From positions 86,405 through 150,404 of the forward strand of contig JASKLF010000006.1 of NCBI GenBank assembly GCA_030153785.1: a stretch of DNA of 64,000 nucleotides, in the 5' to 3' direction. The translations under genes were made by a program, and so were the position numbers. The stretch is from a bacterium (GTDB lineage: Bacteria; Synergistota; GBS-1). Below are positions 11,255-21,660 of this stretch, in pieces. Within the stretch, counting starts at the first letter, position 1. Every line of letters begins with the position of its first letter. Below the pieces are notes generated by a model, which saw only the letters and a program-made list of their open reading frames with translations, was not told where the DNA came from and did not search any database.

Positions 11255-12519
11255 AAGTCGTACTCCCTCGCCTTCGTTATTTTAACCTTTACAAAGGTTC
11301 CCGGACTAACATTCTCATCAAGATAAACCAAACCGTCTATTTCAGGAGTATCCCTATAACTTCTTGCAATTCCAGGTCTTTCCACAAGGACCCTTAACAC
11401 TTTGCCTATAAAAAGGTTATTCCGCTCTTCGGAAATCTCGGCTTGGAGTTTCATTAGCTTATCTATTCTTCTTTTAGAAACTCTTAATGGAGGAGGCTTA
11501 AGAAAATAAGAAGGAGCTTCCACCTGGGGAGAGTATAAAAAGCTTCCTAACCTATCAAATTTGATATCAGAAACGAAGTTAAGAAGCCTATCAAAGGAAG
11601 GTTTGCCTTCTCCCGGGAAGCCAACCATCACAGTAGTCCTCAAACATGCAAGTTCATCCAAGCCTCTAATTCTGCCGAAAAGAGCCCTAAGTTCCTTCTC
11701 TCCATAAGGTCTATTCATTAATCTCAAAACCGTATCATCTGCGTGCTGTATAGGGAGATCGAAATAAGAACAAACTTTTTCCAGTGAAAGAATCGTCTCT
11801 ATTAAATCGTTAGTCACTCTTGCAGGATGAAGGTAGAGAACCCTTATCCAAAAATCTCCTTTTATTTCTTCAAGCTTTTTTAAAAGCAGGGAAAGGGAAA
11901 AGGAATAGAGCGTGCTATCTTGTGAAACTAAAATAACCTCCTTTTTGCCAGACCTTATAAAGTCTTCAGCCTCTCGCAAAACATCATCCAACGGTTTACT
12001 CCTGTAAGGCCCTCTTATATAGGGTATCACACAATAGCTACATCTGTTGTTACAACCCTCCGCTATCTTTATATAAGCATGGAAACCCCTTTTTATAGGG
12101 AAACGAGTCCCATCCTCTACCCATTTGTCAGAAAAGGGCCTAAATAATACTCCTCTTCTCAACCCCTTCTTTAATGCATTTGCCAAAAAAGCCCCAACAT
12201 CATTAGGGTAGCCCGTGCCCGCAAAGTAATCAACATCTTCAAGCCTTTCCAAAAACTTCCTTCCTAACCTCTGTGGTAGGCATCCAACAAGGGCTATTCG
12301 CTTTATAACTCCATCCTCCTTGAGCTTAATTAACCTCTTAACCCAAGAGAGGGATTCCTCAATAGCTGAATCTATAAAAGCACAAGTGTTTAAGACTACC
12401 AGATCAACACCTTCAAGATTAGAAGAATACTCAAAACCATCATTAAGCAACCTTCCTAATATAAGCTCGCTATCAACTTCATTTTTAGGACAGCCCAAAC
12501 TGACGATCGCCACTTTCAA
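11233..12519 (-). CDS. rimO: ribosomal protein S12 methylthiotransferase
   Basis: SLGCPKNEVDSE, NTCAFI, radical SAM CNNRCSYC, C-terminal TRAM domain (PEIDG). Confidence 0.93.
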   Translation of the reverse strand: MKVAIVSLGCPKNEVDSELILGRLLNDGFEYSSNLEGVDLVVLNTCAFIDSAIEESLSWVKRLIKLKEDGVIKRIALVGCLPQRLGRKFLERLEDVDYFAGTGYPNDVGAFLANALKKGLRRGVLFRPFSDKWVEDGTRFPIKRGFHAYIKIAEGCNNRCSYCVIPYIRGPYRSKPLDDVLREAEDFIRSGKKEVILVSQDSTLYSFSLSLLLKKLEEIKGDFWIRVLYLHPARVTNDLIETILSLEKVCSYFDLPIQHADDTVLRLMNRPYGEKELRALFGRIRGLDELACLRTTVMVGFPGEGKPSFDRLLNFVSDIKFDRLGSFLYSPQVEAPSYFLKPPPLRVSKRRIDKLMKLQAEISEERNNLFIGKVLRVLVERPGIARSYRDTPEIDGLVYLDENVSPGTFVKVKITKAREYDLWGEVLH

Positions 12520-12534
12520 TTCTATTACACCTCT

Positions 12535-13428
12535 TTATTGAGGAAAGGTCATATCTACAACGCCTGTCCTACTTGGCGGTAAAGTTACTTCTTCACCATT
12601 GAAATAAACTCTAACTCCATTTATGTTGCCGAATCTCACCACTATGCTCTCTTCAGCCTCCCACGTCCTTTCATCGCCTTTGACGAGAGTCCCTTCGAAT
12701 ACCTTTTTCCCGTCGGCAAATACCCTTACCCAACACCTTCCCACAGCTACAACCCTCAAATTAAACCTTTCAGCCTTAACAGGCCTTGTAGCCTCTTCAG
12801 ATAAAAGTGATAAAGACTGCGCCTCTGTAGTTCCCGTAGAAGGAAGAGAAAAAGCAGAACCCGTTCCCAATGAAACCATTTCCTCCTTACTACTTTGCGC
12901 CGGCGTAGAAACGGTCACCGGTTCTTCTTTAAGCTCAGCTACATTTTTCTCGGTAGAAAGAGGAGAAAGGCTTTCTTTAACTTTATCTGAAGAAGCCTTA
13001 TTAAAGATGTTAACCTCTCCCGTCCAAGAGGCGTAAAAATAAAAACCCCCTCCTACCAACAAGATTAAAAAAATCAATATAAGCAACCACGGCCTACGTG
13101 GTTTAACCCCTTTTTCAACCTTAGCATCGTAAGCCGGTAGTTTCTCCTTAGCCTCTTTAATAACAAGGTCTTCGGAAGAGCTTTTTCTAACCGCCTTGTA
13201 TAATTCTCTCATTTCATCAGGGTCAAGCCCCAAAGCCAAGGAAATATTTCTTATAAAACCCTTTACATAAACATCACCTGGAAGAACATCGAAATTCTCT
13301 TCCTCTATAGCCTTTATAAATTCCTTGCTTATCTTCGTAATGTCTGAAAGACGCTCTATGCTCATACCCTTTTCTTCTCTAACCTTCCTTATTATTTCAC
13401 CAATTCTCCTTTCTTCATTAACTTTCAT
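12535..13428 (-). CDS. rodZ: RodZ-like HTH membrane protein (DUF4115)
   Basis: N-terminal HTH (LPGDVYVKGFIR), single TM, C-terminal CWVRVFADGK domain. Confidence 0.85.
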   Translation of the reverse strand: MKVNEERRIGEIIRKVREEKGMSIERLSDITKISKEFIKAIEEENFDVLPGDVYVKGFIRNISLALGLDPDEMRELYKAVRKSSSEDLVIKEAKEKLPAYDAKVEKGVKPRRPWLLILIFLILLVGGGFYFYASWTGEVNIFNKASSDKVKESLSPLSTEKNVAELKEEPVTVSTPAQSSKEEMVSLGTGSAFSLPSTGTTEAQSLSLLSEEATRPVKAERFNLRVVAVGRCWVRVFADGKKVFEGTLVKGDERTWEAEESIVVRFGNINGVRVYFNGEEVTLPPSRTGVVDMTFPQ

Positions 13429-14089
13429 AATTAATATCACCTCTTAAAGCCCTAATCACCGAAACAGGATCTCTGTTTTGGAAAATAGAAGCGCCACCTA
13501 CCAGAACTGTTGCCCCTGCCTTCCTTAATTGAGAAGCATTGCTTGGTCCAACTCCTCCATCCACAACTATCTCAAAACATAAATTCTCTCTATCTCTAAA
13601 CTCTCTTATAGACCTCACCTTATCCAAAACCCATGGAATAAAAGTTTGCCCGCTAAAACCAGGTTCAACGCTCATCATCAAAACATAGTCAACCTCATGC
13701 AATATAAGCTTTGCTTCCTCCCACAGAGTAGCTGGATTAAAAGCCACGCCCGACTTTTTACCTGCTTCCTTTATGCTCCTTATCAATCGAAGAGGATGCT
13801 TCTCTACCTCCCAATGAAAAATCAATATATCTCCACCACTTTCCGCAAAACGATCAACCCAAAAGCCCGGATTTTCAACCATAAGATGAATTTCCAAAGG
13901 CAACAAAGGAAAGCTTTCTTTTATATCCTTTACAAGCTTTGGTCCAAAAGAAAGATTGGGAACAAAATGACCATCCATTATATCTACATGGAGGAGGTCT
14001 ATCTCTTTCTCTATTTTAGACAATTCTTCTCCCAACCGCAAAGTATTAGCAGCTAATATGGAAGGAGCTACCTTTATTGTTTCCCCCAT
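13418..14089 (-). CDS. rpe: ribulose-phosphate 3-epimerase
   Basis: APSIL, HVDIMDGHFVPN, MSVEPGFSGQ, VDGG. Confidence 0.97.
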   Translation of the reverse strand: MGETIKVAPSILAANTLRLGEELSKIEKEIDLLHVDIMDGHFVPNLSFGPKLVKDIKESFPLLPLEIHLMVENPGFWVDRFAESGGDILIFHWEVEKHPLRLIRSIKEAGKKSGVAFNPATLWEEAKLILHEVDYVLMMSVEPGFSGQTFIPWVLDKVRSIREFRDRENLCFEIVVDGGVGPSNASQLRKAGATVLVGGASIFQNRDPVSVIRALRGDINYES

Positions 14090-15138
14090 GGATACCTATC
14101 CTCCGCGTAGAACTCTCCATCAAGCTGAACTCTTATAACATTATCACCAACAGCCGGAATTCTCAAGTTTATAGTTTCTCCCTCCTTACACTTTTTACTA
14201 AATATTAAATGCTGTCCTGTGGAATCTATTTGTATTATCTCAACAAGTCTTTCCGCCTTACCAGAGGGAACAGTAAACTTAAAGTCAATAATTCTTGCAC
14301 CTTTAGGAATAGCGAGCTCTATCTTCTCAAGTCTCTGTGGAGAAGTTGCCGCTTCTTTTACCCTCCCAGGAATCTCAGGAGTCACGGATGTAGTAATTGG
14401 CTTAGCTTCCTCCCGAGAGGCTTCAATTTCGCTTTGCTTTGGTGGTGATTTTCTCACAACCAGATTAATCTCCCCACCTGGTGGAAGAGATGAAAAAGGT
14501 GACGGATCTTGAGATATTACGACTCCCTCCTCCCCTGCCTCAACCTTCTCAGTAACACTGCCTACCCTGAATCCCTTCTCTTGAATTACACTCTTTGCCT
14601 TATCCAAAGGAAGCCCTATAACCTCGGGTACAGAAACCTCCTTGACTTCATAACCAAGACTTACAAGAAGGTCAACCTTCGTACCCCTCTTCACTCTTTT
14701 ACCAGGAGATACAGACTGACCAATTATCACATTAGAGGGAGCCAAAAGAGACCTAATGGTTATTACATCTCCAATAACGAGTCCCACTTCCTTTATAAAA
14801 GCGTTAACCTCACTAAGCTTTCTTCCCACAAGGTCAGGAACCGAAACCATATCCTCCTTTCCACTCACTACCACCTCAATAAAGCTGCCCTTTCTTACGT
14901 TCACACCAGGGAGCGGCTTCTGAGAAACTATATAATTTGGTGGGAAAGTAGTGCTCTCCTCCTCTCCGACTACTTTTATATTAAGACCAACACCATTAAG
15001 CAACTTCGTAGCCTCCGTAATTTCTTTCCCAACCAATGGAGGTACCGGCACCTTTGGTACACCTATTCCCAAATATACATACAAAAAACCTATAACCGTC
15101 CCAATTATGAGCACTGAAATAAGCTTCCAACCCTTCAA
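14074..15138 (-). CDS. PASTA domain-containing membrane protein (3 PASTA repeats, no kinase domain)
   Basis: N-terminal TM, then three VPxxxG...ISQ.P.PG repeats. Confidence 0.88.
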   Translation of the reverse strand: MKGWKLISVLIIGTVIGFLYVYLGIGVPKVPVPPLVGKEITEATKLLNGVGLNIKVVGEEESTTFPPNYIVSQKPLPGVNVRKGSFIEVVVSGKEDMVSVPDLVGRKLSEVNAFIKEVGLVIGDVITIRSLLAPSNVIIGQSVSPGKRVKRGTKVDLLVSLGYEVKEVSVPEVIGLPLDKAKSVIQEKGFRVGSVTEKVEAGEEGVVISQDPSPFSSLPPGGEINLVVRKSPPKQSEIEASREEAKPITTSVTPEIPGRVKEAATSPQRLEKIELAIPKGARIIDFKFTVPSGKAERLVEIIQIDSTGQHLIFSKKCKEGETINLRIPAVGDNVIRVQLDGEFYAEDRYPWGKQ

Positions 15139-15144
15139 ACCCTT

Positions 15145-16443
15145 TCACCTCCTTACAAGGAGCGCAATAAAGCCATCTTCTATATAATAGCCATACTCTG
15201 TAACTCTCAAAGCCAGGGGCTCAACCCAATCTAAATTAAGTATCTCATACTCAGGACATCTATTCAAGAACCCTTTAATGACTTCTTCATTCTCTTCGGG
15301 GAAAAAGGTACACGTAGAATAAACTAAATACCCTCCACTCCTCACATATTTAGAAGCAACCTCTATCATATTAAGCTGAAGCTTCACCAAATTTCTTATA
15401 CTCTCAGGAGTTATTCTCAACTTTATTTCAGGTTTTCCACCAACATCAGCAAGATTTGAGCAAGGAACATCAAGCATAACCTTCGAAGCCCATTTTTCTA
15501 ATTTGGGATTAAAGACTTGCAAATCCATAGCAATCAATGCATCTACATTGTAAGAAAGGTTGTTTAAAAAATCCCTAAGAATTTTAAGCTTCCACGGATA
15601 AAGGTCTATAGAGACTAACATTCCTTTCCCATTTAATCGCTGGGCAATATCTGCCGACTTAACTCCTCTTCCTGCACACAAATCTAAAACAAAATCTCCA
15701 CCTTTAATATCAAGACTCTTAACGGCAAGTATTGAAGACAAACTCTGCATCCAGAAAAGTCCCTCACTCCAACCTGGAATATCACGAGGAAAAACGGGAG
15801 TCCTAATCAAAAAACACCCCTCAACACCTGAAAGTTCCTCAAAATCTATGTTTCTTTCCTTCAACAGAGAGGCAAACTTCTCCCTGTCTGTCTTCTTCAG
15901 ATTAATGTGGAGGTACATCTTGGGTCTTTGATTCCCCTTTTCCAAGAGAGAAACCACGAAGGCCTCATCCTTAAAATAAGATAATAAATCCTCAACCAAC
16001 CAGTTAGGATAAGAAAGCCTTGTAGCGATATCCTCCAAGGGAGGTTCAATCCTCACACGAATATAATTCCTCAAAACCGCGTTAACCAAGCTTGCTATAC
16101 CCGCATGAAACAACCTCTTAGAAAGTTCCACAAGTCTAAAACACACAAAAGGGGCTTTCTCTGGAGAATGAAATCGCAATTGATATAGTCCCATGAGAAT
16201 AATCCATTTAGCTACGTCAGGAAGCTTGTCCCACTTTTTTTCTCCAACAAGATTCTTCGCTATCCACCTAAGAAGATAGATATTACGTATGACCCCATAG
16301 CAAAGCTCAGACACGAATCGAGACGCCTTTGGGGGGATTTTACCAGAATCTATAGATTTTCTTAAAAGGGGTTCTAACCAATCTCCCCTTTCTATCCTCT
16401 TAAAAATATCAATAGCGTACCTTTCCCAAATCTTTTCTTTCAA
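15145..16443 (-). CDS. rsmB: 16S rRNA m5C967 methyltransferase RsmB/Sun
   Basis: NusB-like N-terminus (LVNAVLR), DLCAG.G, LDVPCS and YSTCT catalytic Cys motifs. Confidence 0.85.
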   Translation of the reverse strand: MKEKIWERYAIDIFKRIERGDWLEPLLRKSIDSGKIPPKASRFVSELCYGVIRNIYLLRWIAKNLVGEKKWDKLPDVAKWIILMGLYQLRFHSPEKAPFVCFRLVELSKRLFHAGIASLVNAVLRNYIRVRIEPPLEDIATRLSYPNWLVEDLLSYFKDEAFVVSLLEKGNQRPKMYLHINLKKTDREKFASLLKERNIDFEELSGVEGCFLIRTPVFPRDIPGWSEGLFWMQSLSSILAVKSLDIKGGDFVLDLCAGRGVKSADIAQRLNGKGMLVSIDLYPWKLKILRDFLNNLSYNVDALIAMDLQVFNPKLEKWASKVMLDVPCSNLADVGGKPEIKLRITPESIRNLVKLQLNMIEVASKYVRSGGYLVYSTCTFFPEENEEVIKGFLNRCPEYEILNLDWVEPLALRVTEYGYYIEDGFIALLVRR

Positions 16444-17098
16444 TGGTCCTCACGAAAAAGTCTGTGGGAATATAAAAAAAGGGCAATCCCCACATTCTTA
16501 TTCCTCTTCCTCCGTATTCAACACCTACTATCTCCATATCACTGACATCGGCAAAGGTAGTCAGCTTACGTTGAACCCACGGCCCTAAGAGCGGTCCCAA
16601 GATATAAGATATTAAAAGAGCTATAACCACATTCAAAACTGTCAAATAGCCCGTTAAAAAAAGCAAAAGCAAGAAGGTAACAGCTGAAACAAAGTTAACC
16701 ATAGCCATTGTAGTCCCACATCTCTTATGAATTGCTAAATCCTTTTCTCCCCTCTTCAATCTCAAAAGGGCAACACGTGCGGCTTCCTCTAACAAAATGG
16801 GATCGATAAAACCCTTTATATAAAAACCGTCTACCCTGGCCAAACCCGCCAAATTGGTAGGGCCAAATCTTTCCTCTATAACATTTATAGTAGCATGCTC
16901 AAGAGCATGATTTTTTCTAAGTTTTCTGTTTGTTGCTATTCTCCAAATTTCAAGGGGAACCGTAAGAATGGTGTAAAGAGAATACATTATAAAACCGAAG
17001 GGAAGAAAGATCAACAAAGATAAGAAAAAAAGGAGGAGAAAGGGAACTAGCCAAGGAACAAAGAAAAGTAGAAGTAAAAGAAAAAGAAGTAATGGCAA
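16409..17098 (-). CDS. membrane protein, DUF6391-like
   Basis: Hydrophobic N-terminus; RKNHALEHATI and LAIHKRCGT motifs. Confidence 0.65.
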   Translation of the reverse strand: MPLLLFLLLLLFFVPWLVPFLLLFFLSLLIFLPFGFIMYSLYTILTVPLEIWRIATNRKLRKNHALEHATINVIEERFGPTNLAGLARVDGFYIKGFIDPILLEEAARVALLRLKRGEKDLAIHKRCGTTMAMVNFVSAVTFLLLLFLTGYLTVLNVVIALLISYILGPLLGPWVQRKLTTFADVSDMEIVGVEYGGRGIRMWGLPFFYIPTDFFVRTIERKDLGKVRY

Positions 17099-17782
17099 TT
17101 AGTCCCTCTCCCCTCTCAATATAAGCAATCTTACAAGTTGGAGGGCAGCCATAGCCGTTGCTGCAACATAACTCAATGCAGCGGCTCCCAAAACTTCCTC
17201 TATGGCTCCAACTTCCCTATTAGATACATAGCCGCTGGAATAAAGCGCCTTAACAGCCCTTGAACTTGCATTGAATTCAACGGGAAGAGTGATAAGCTGA
17301 AATAACACTGCCCCAGAAAATGCTATTATTCCCACATCCATAAGGCTTGGAATTCCAAAGATAAACCCTAAAAAGAAGAAGGGTATAGCAAGCTGTGAAC
17401 CAATGCTAGCTACTGGAATTATCGCATTCCTGAGAGAAAGCGGTAAATACCCCGTAGCGTGTTGAATAGCGTGCCCAACCTCATGAGCTGCTATACCTAT
17501 TGCAGCTATTGAACGGCTATTATACACACCCGACGAAAGTCTTAAGACTCTAGAGCGCGGATCATAGTGATCTGTTAATTCGCCTGGCACCATCTCTATG
17601 GGTATATCCGAAAGTCCATTTCTATCAAGCATTTCACGAGCTACAACCCACGCTGGTTTGCCAACCATTGCGGGAATAGCTGCATACTTTCTATATGTAG
17701 ACTGAACCTTTGCCTGTGCATATATCGCAAGAATCAGCGCAGGTATAAGAAGCAGGAACGTCCAATCCCAAAAAAGAAACAT
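17099..17782 (-). CDS. neutral zinc metallopeptidase (YugP family)
   Basis: LTDHYDP, AAHEVGHAIQ (HExxH), TLPVEFNASSRA. Confidence 0.92.
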   Translation of the reverse strand: MFLFWDWTFLLLIPALILAIYAQAKVQSTYRKYAAIPAMVGKPAWVVAREMLDRNGLSDIPIEMVPGELTDHYDPRSRVLRLSSGVYNSRSIAAIGIAAHEVGHAIQHATGYLPLSLRNAIIPVASIGSQLAIPFFFLGFIFGIPSLMDVGIIAFSGAVLFQLITLPVEFNASSRAVKALYSSGYVSNREVGAIEEVLGAAALSYVAATAMAALQLVRLLILRGERD

Positions 17783-17783
17783 A

Positions 17784-18347
17784 TCAAATCACCTCCCTTG
17801 TTTCAGCACTCCTCCCTAACTCAAAAGCTTTCAAATTTAAATCTCTAAATTTAGTAGCCACATTTTCCTCTATCACTTTTCTAAGCTCTTCACTGGGGAA
17901 TGTATCCTCCATGATGGAGGACAATTTTCCCAACATGACTATATTTAAGACCCTTGGCTCTCCCAATTTATCAAGGGCAATTTTATATCCATCTACAATA
18001 TAAACTTTCGCATTCCTCCGCTTGACAAAATCTGACATTAATTCCTTACCAAGCTTAAGCATTTGATCCCCATTTAAAATAGCAACCCCCCCTTCTCTTA
18101 AAAAGGGCAGGTTCATTAACCCCTCATTCCAATCAAAGGAAAGAAGGATATCCGCTTCTCCCTTCATAACAAGAGGGCTCGCGTAATCTCCAATCTTAAG
18201 ATGAGAAACCACGCTCCCACCCCTTTGAGCCATACCATGAACCTCAGAACCTATAACATTAAGTCCCTTTGAAATGGCATGTTCCCCTATTATTCGAGTA
18301 GCCAATAATATCCCCTGGCCACCTATTCCACAAAATATCATTTGCAT
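17784..18347 (-). CDS. iorB: indolepyruvate:ferredoxin oxidoreductase beta subunit
   Basis: GIGGQG, SEVHGMAQRGGSV; adjacent to iorA. Confidence 0.92.
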   Translation of the reverse strand: MQMIFCGIGGQGILLATRIIGEHAISKGLNVIGSEVHGMAQRGGSVVSHLKIGDYASPLVMKGEADILLSFDWNEGLMNLPFLREGGVAILNGDQMLKLGKELMSDFVKRRNAKVYIVDGYKIALDKLGEPRVLNIVMLGKLSSIMEDTFPSEELRKVIEENVATKFRDLNLKAFELGRSAETREVI

Positions 18348-18350
18348 AGC

Positions 18351-20156
18351 TTACTCCTCCTTTATAGCTTTCGTTGGGCAAACTTGGACACAGACCCCAC
18401 AATTTATACAAAAACGGGGATCTACAAAGGCCTTTTTGCCTTCCTCATCAAAACCCAACCCAGGACAACCAAACTCACTTACACAATATCTGCAACCTGT
18501 GCAAGTTTCTTTATCCACATAAACTTTCTTATCATAACGCTTTCGCTCAAGAAGCTTACAAGGATGTTTCGCAATAACCACAGCTACTCTTCCATTGTTC
18601 CTAACGTATTCCCATGCATCCTTTAGGGCAGAAACTGTGTCGCTCACATTGTAGGGATTTACCACCTTAACAAAGTCAACTCCACATCCTTGTATAAGCT
18701 TCAAAAGGTCCACCCGCTCACCATCTTTCATCAGGTTAATCCCGAACTCAGGGGTTGGCTGACCTCCAGTCATCGCTGTAGTGTGATTATCCAATATAAA
18801 TAAGATGAACTTATGTTTATTATAAACCGCATTGATAAGTCCAGGAACCCCCATATGATAAAAAGTAGAATCTCCGATGGTTGATACGATGGGAATATCA
18901 TCTTCTAAAGACACGCTAAAACCAGAACCCATTGTGACAGCTCCACCCATACACATAACGCTATCCACTGCCTTTTGATTTATACCTAAAGTGTAACATC
19001 CTATATCACTAGGGTAAACTCCCTTTGGAAAAGCCTTTCTCATGGCAAAGAATGAAGCACGGTGAGGGCAACCCGCACACAGTATAGGTTTCCTTACCCT
19101 TATACCTAAGGAAGATAGCGCTTCATCATAATCGCTCGGGATTTGAGGTACTGAGATATCAAAAAACTTTGCCATAACAGAAGCTATAACTTCAGGCGTT
19201 AGCTCTCCAGATGAAGGAACTACTTCGTTCCACTTACCCAACACTCTGCTCCTATCAGGAATCTGAAGCTCTACAACAGGATATGTCTCCTCAAAAACTA
19301 ATACCCTATCACAGAGAGACAGGAACTCCTCCAACAACGTTTCATCCAGCGGGAAAGCTCGTCCTACCTTCATCAAGGGAATATCTAAAGAATAGTTATT
19401 AACAATATCTTTAGCTATTGCATAGCTCACACCGCTCGCTATTATACCAACTTCAGCCTTTTTAGGGCTTTCTATCCATGAAAAGATATCCCTCTCCTTA
19501 CTAATTTCTCTTATTTTCTGATTCAGCCTCTCATGATGTCTTCTTCTTATGGCAGGCAAACAAACCCATCTTTCTGGGTTTTTAACGAAGTTACCTTTCC
19601 GCGGGCTAAAATCGATGCTTTCAATAGGAACATTCTGCCTCGCATGGCAAACTCTTAATCCAGGCCTAAGCATTACCAGAATATTATATTTTTCAGACAA
19701 ATTATATGCAAACTTCACCATTTCCTTAGCTTCTCTTGGAGAAGAAGGGTCAAAAACAGGAACTTTAGCCATCATAGCAGCAAATCGACTATCCTGTTCC
19801 GTTTGAGAGCTATGAGGACCTGGATCATCAGCCACAACAACCAAGAATCCTGCAGCTATGTCGTTATAGGCTACACTCATAAAGGGATCATAGGCAACAT
19901 TGAGTCCCACCTGCTTCATGGTTACCGCCGCCCTTTTACCCGCAAAGGAAGCTGTTGCAGCTATCTCAAAAGCAACCTTTTCATTAACACACCACTCAAC
20001 AACAGCAGCATCTATACCCTCTTCCTTATAGAAATGGGCAACAGCGGGAAGAATTTCAGAAGAAGGCGTTCCAGGATAAGACGTCACAACTTCCGCACCG
20101 CTTTCTACTATACCACGTGCTATGGCCTCGTTTCCCAACAAAAGCCTTTCCATCAA
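18351..20156 (-). CDS. iorA: indolepyruvate:ferredoxin oxidoreductase alpha subunit
   Basis: GNEAIARG, YPGTPSSE, CAGCPHR, TPP-binding IGDSTF, C-terminal 2x[4Fe-4S] motifs. Confidence 0.95.
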   Translation of the reverse strand: MMERLLLGNEAIARGIVESGAEVVTSYPGTPSSEILPAVAHFYKEEGIDAAVVEWCVNEKVAFEIAATASFAGKRAAVTMKQVGLNVAYDPFMSVAYNDIAAGFLVVVADDPGPHSSQTEQDSRFAAMMAKVPVFDPSSPREAKEMVKFAYNLSEKYNILVMLRPGLRVCHARQNVPIESIDFSPRKGNFVKNPERWVCLPAIRRRHHERLNQKIREISKERDIFSWIESPKKAEVGIIASGVSYAIAKDIVNNYSLDIPLMKVGRAFPLDETLLEEFLSLCDRVLVFEETYPVVELQIPDRSRVLGKWNEVVPSSGELTPEVIASVMAKFFDISVPQIPSDYDEALSSLGIRVRKPILCAGCPHRASFFAMRKAFPKGVYPSDIGCYTLGINQKAVDSVMCMGGAVTMGSGFSVSLEDDIPIVSTIGDSTFYHMGVPGLINAVYNKHKFILFILDNHTTAMTGGQPTPEFGINLMKDGERVDLLKLIQGCGVDFVKVVNPYNVSDTVSALKDAWEYVRNNGRVAVVIAKHPCKLLERKRYDKKVYVDKETCTGCRYCVSEFGCPGLGFDEEGKKAFVDPRFCINCGVCVQVCPTKAIKEE

Positions 20157-20554
20157 ATACTGCCCTCCCTTCTCAGAACCGATAAAAACTCCTCCGGCAC
20201 CTTAACCATTTTACCATCTTTATTAACAAAACAGTGTTTTGTTCTACCCAAAGCTATAAGCTTACCATCACGCTCTACCCTGTAAAAAAAACTTACCGAA
20301 TAATCCTTAACCTCTTCTACTTTAACTTTAATCGTGATGAGATCATCATAAAATGCTGGTGACTTATACCTACACCAAGACTCCACAGCTGGCATAAATA
20401 TGCCTCTTTTTTCAAGTTCCGAATAAGGAAAACCCAGAGCTCTACAGAATTCCGTCCTACCAACTTCAAACCAATCTAAATATCTTCCATAATAGACTAT
20501 CCCCATCTTATCCGTTTCCCCATAACGAACTCGCAAGCTTATCTCCACTTCCAT
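20153..20554 (-). CDS. acyl-CoA thioesterase (YbgC/FadM family)
   Basis: VRYGETDKMGIVYYGRYLDWFEVGR. Confidence 0.9.
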   Translation of the reverse strand: MEVEISLRVRYGETDKMGIVYYGRYLDWFEVGRTEFCRALGFPYSELEKRGIFMPAVESWCRYKSPAFYDDLITIKVKVEEVKDYSVSFFYRVERDGKLIALGRTKHCFVNKDGKMVKVPEEFLSVLRREGSI

Positions 20555-20576
20555 TTAATACCCCTCCTAAAAATAA

Positions 20577-20856
20577 GCCGTGGCCGTGCACCCACCTTCG
20601 ATCAACTTCCCCAAGACGTCCTTCAAGCCTTCAGCTCCGGCCAAGCACCCCCGTGGCACCCAGAGACTACCGCTTACCGTTGCTCCCTTCCGGGCCTGGC
20701 GGGGTTCACGGATCTCTGCCGCACGGGACCCAACCCTCAACGCCTCCAGCTTGAAGCTGCTCTTAAGGAAGGTGACCTCTTGGCGGGAATTCAACCCCGC
20801 TTTAGCGGATTGCGGGTTCAGGGCACCGCTACCTCCCCATCTAGCACGACCACGGC
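20577..20856 (-). ncRNA. ffs: large bacterial signal recognition particle RNA
   Basis: The minus strand starts GCCGTGGTCGTGCTAGATGGGGAGGTAGCGGTGCCCTG (Alu-like domain), contains helix 8 CCAGGCCCGGAAGGGAGCAAC, and has complementary 5'/3' ends. Confidence 0.95.
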
Positions 20857-20874
20857 TTTTCCTCAATAAATATA

Positions 20875-20966
20875 TGGCGGAGAGGGAGGGATTTGAACCC
20901 CCGGGGCGGGATCAACCGCCCACTCGCTCTCCAGGCGAGCGCCTTCGACCGCTCAGCCACCTCTCC
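20875..20966 (-). tRNA. tRNA-Ser(GGA)
   Basis: Cloverleaf; anticodon arm CTCGC-CT GGA GA-GCGAG; long variable arm; encoded CCA. Confidence 0.96.
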
Positions 20967-20983
20967 GCACGCTCTACCCCTAC

Positions 20984-21077
20984 TGGCGGAGAGAGCGAGA
21001 TTCGAACTCGCGAGGCGGCTCTAACACCGCCTACTCGATTTCGAATCGAGCGCCTTCGACCGCTCGGCCATCTCTCC
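20984..21077 (-). tRNA. tRNA-Ser(CGA)
   Basis: Anticodon arm CTCGA-TT CGA AA-TCGAG; long variable arm; encoded CCA. Confidence 0.96.
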
Positions 21078-21079
21078 GC

Positions 21080-21550
21080 CTATTTTCTCTTTTTAGCAAA
21101 GAAAGACCGCAACAATTCGCGGCTCTCTTCCGCCAAAACCCCTCCCTTTACCTCCACAAAATGGTTCAAGCTCTCATGTTGCAATACATTCATAACACTT
21201 CCTGCTGCACCAGCACGAGGATCAGCCAATCCATAAACAAGCCGCTTAACTCTGGCTTGAACCATCGCCCCCGCACACATAGGACAAGGTTCAAGCGTTA
21301 CATATATAACAAGCTCCGTTAACCGCCACGTGCCAAGCTTAGAAGATGCTTCTTTTATGACAAAAATCTCCGCATGCGCCAAAGGATCTTGTAACTGCTC
21401 TCTCCTATTGTGAGCACGAGCAATTATCTCATCTCCTATTACGCCTACTGCTCCAACCGGAACTTCATCCTCGTCCGCTGCTTTTCTGGCTTCTTCAAGA
21501 GCAACTCTCATAAAAAGCTCATCTTTATCTATTAGATCTATTATCTCCAT
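21080..21550 (-). CDS. tadA: tRNA adenosine(34) deaminase
   Basis: EVPVGAV, AHAE, TLEPCPMCAGA, FF..KRK C-terminus. Confidence 0.96.
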   Translation of the reverse strand: MEIIDLIDKDELFMRVALEEARKAADEDEVPVGAVGVIGDEIIARAHNRREQLQDPLAHAEIFVIKEASSKLGTWRLTELVIYVTLEPCPMCAGAMVQARVKRLVYGLADPRAGAAGSVMNVLQHESLNHFVEVKGGVLAEESRELLRSFFAKKRK

Positions 21551-21573
21551 CCTTACCTACTTTCCAATTTAAA

Positions 21574-21650
21574 TGGCGCGCCCGAGAGGACTTGAACCCC
21601 CAACCCGTGGATCCGTAGTCCACTGCTCTATCCAGTTGAGCTACGGGCGC
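21574..21650 (-). tRNA. tRNA-Arg(ACG)
   Basis: Anticodon arm GTGGA-CT ACG GA-TCCAC; encoded CCA. Confidence 0.96.
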
Positions 21651-21660
21651 GCTTAATAAA

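Noticed and set aside
20567..21236. ORFs 20567-20866(-) and 20580-21236(+)
   Set aside because: They overlap the SRP RNA, two tRNAs and tadA; they are open only because structural RNA is GC-rich.
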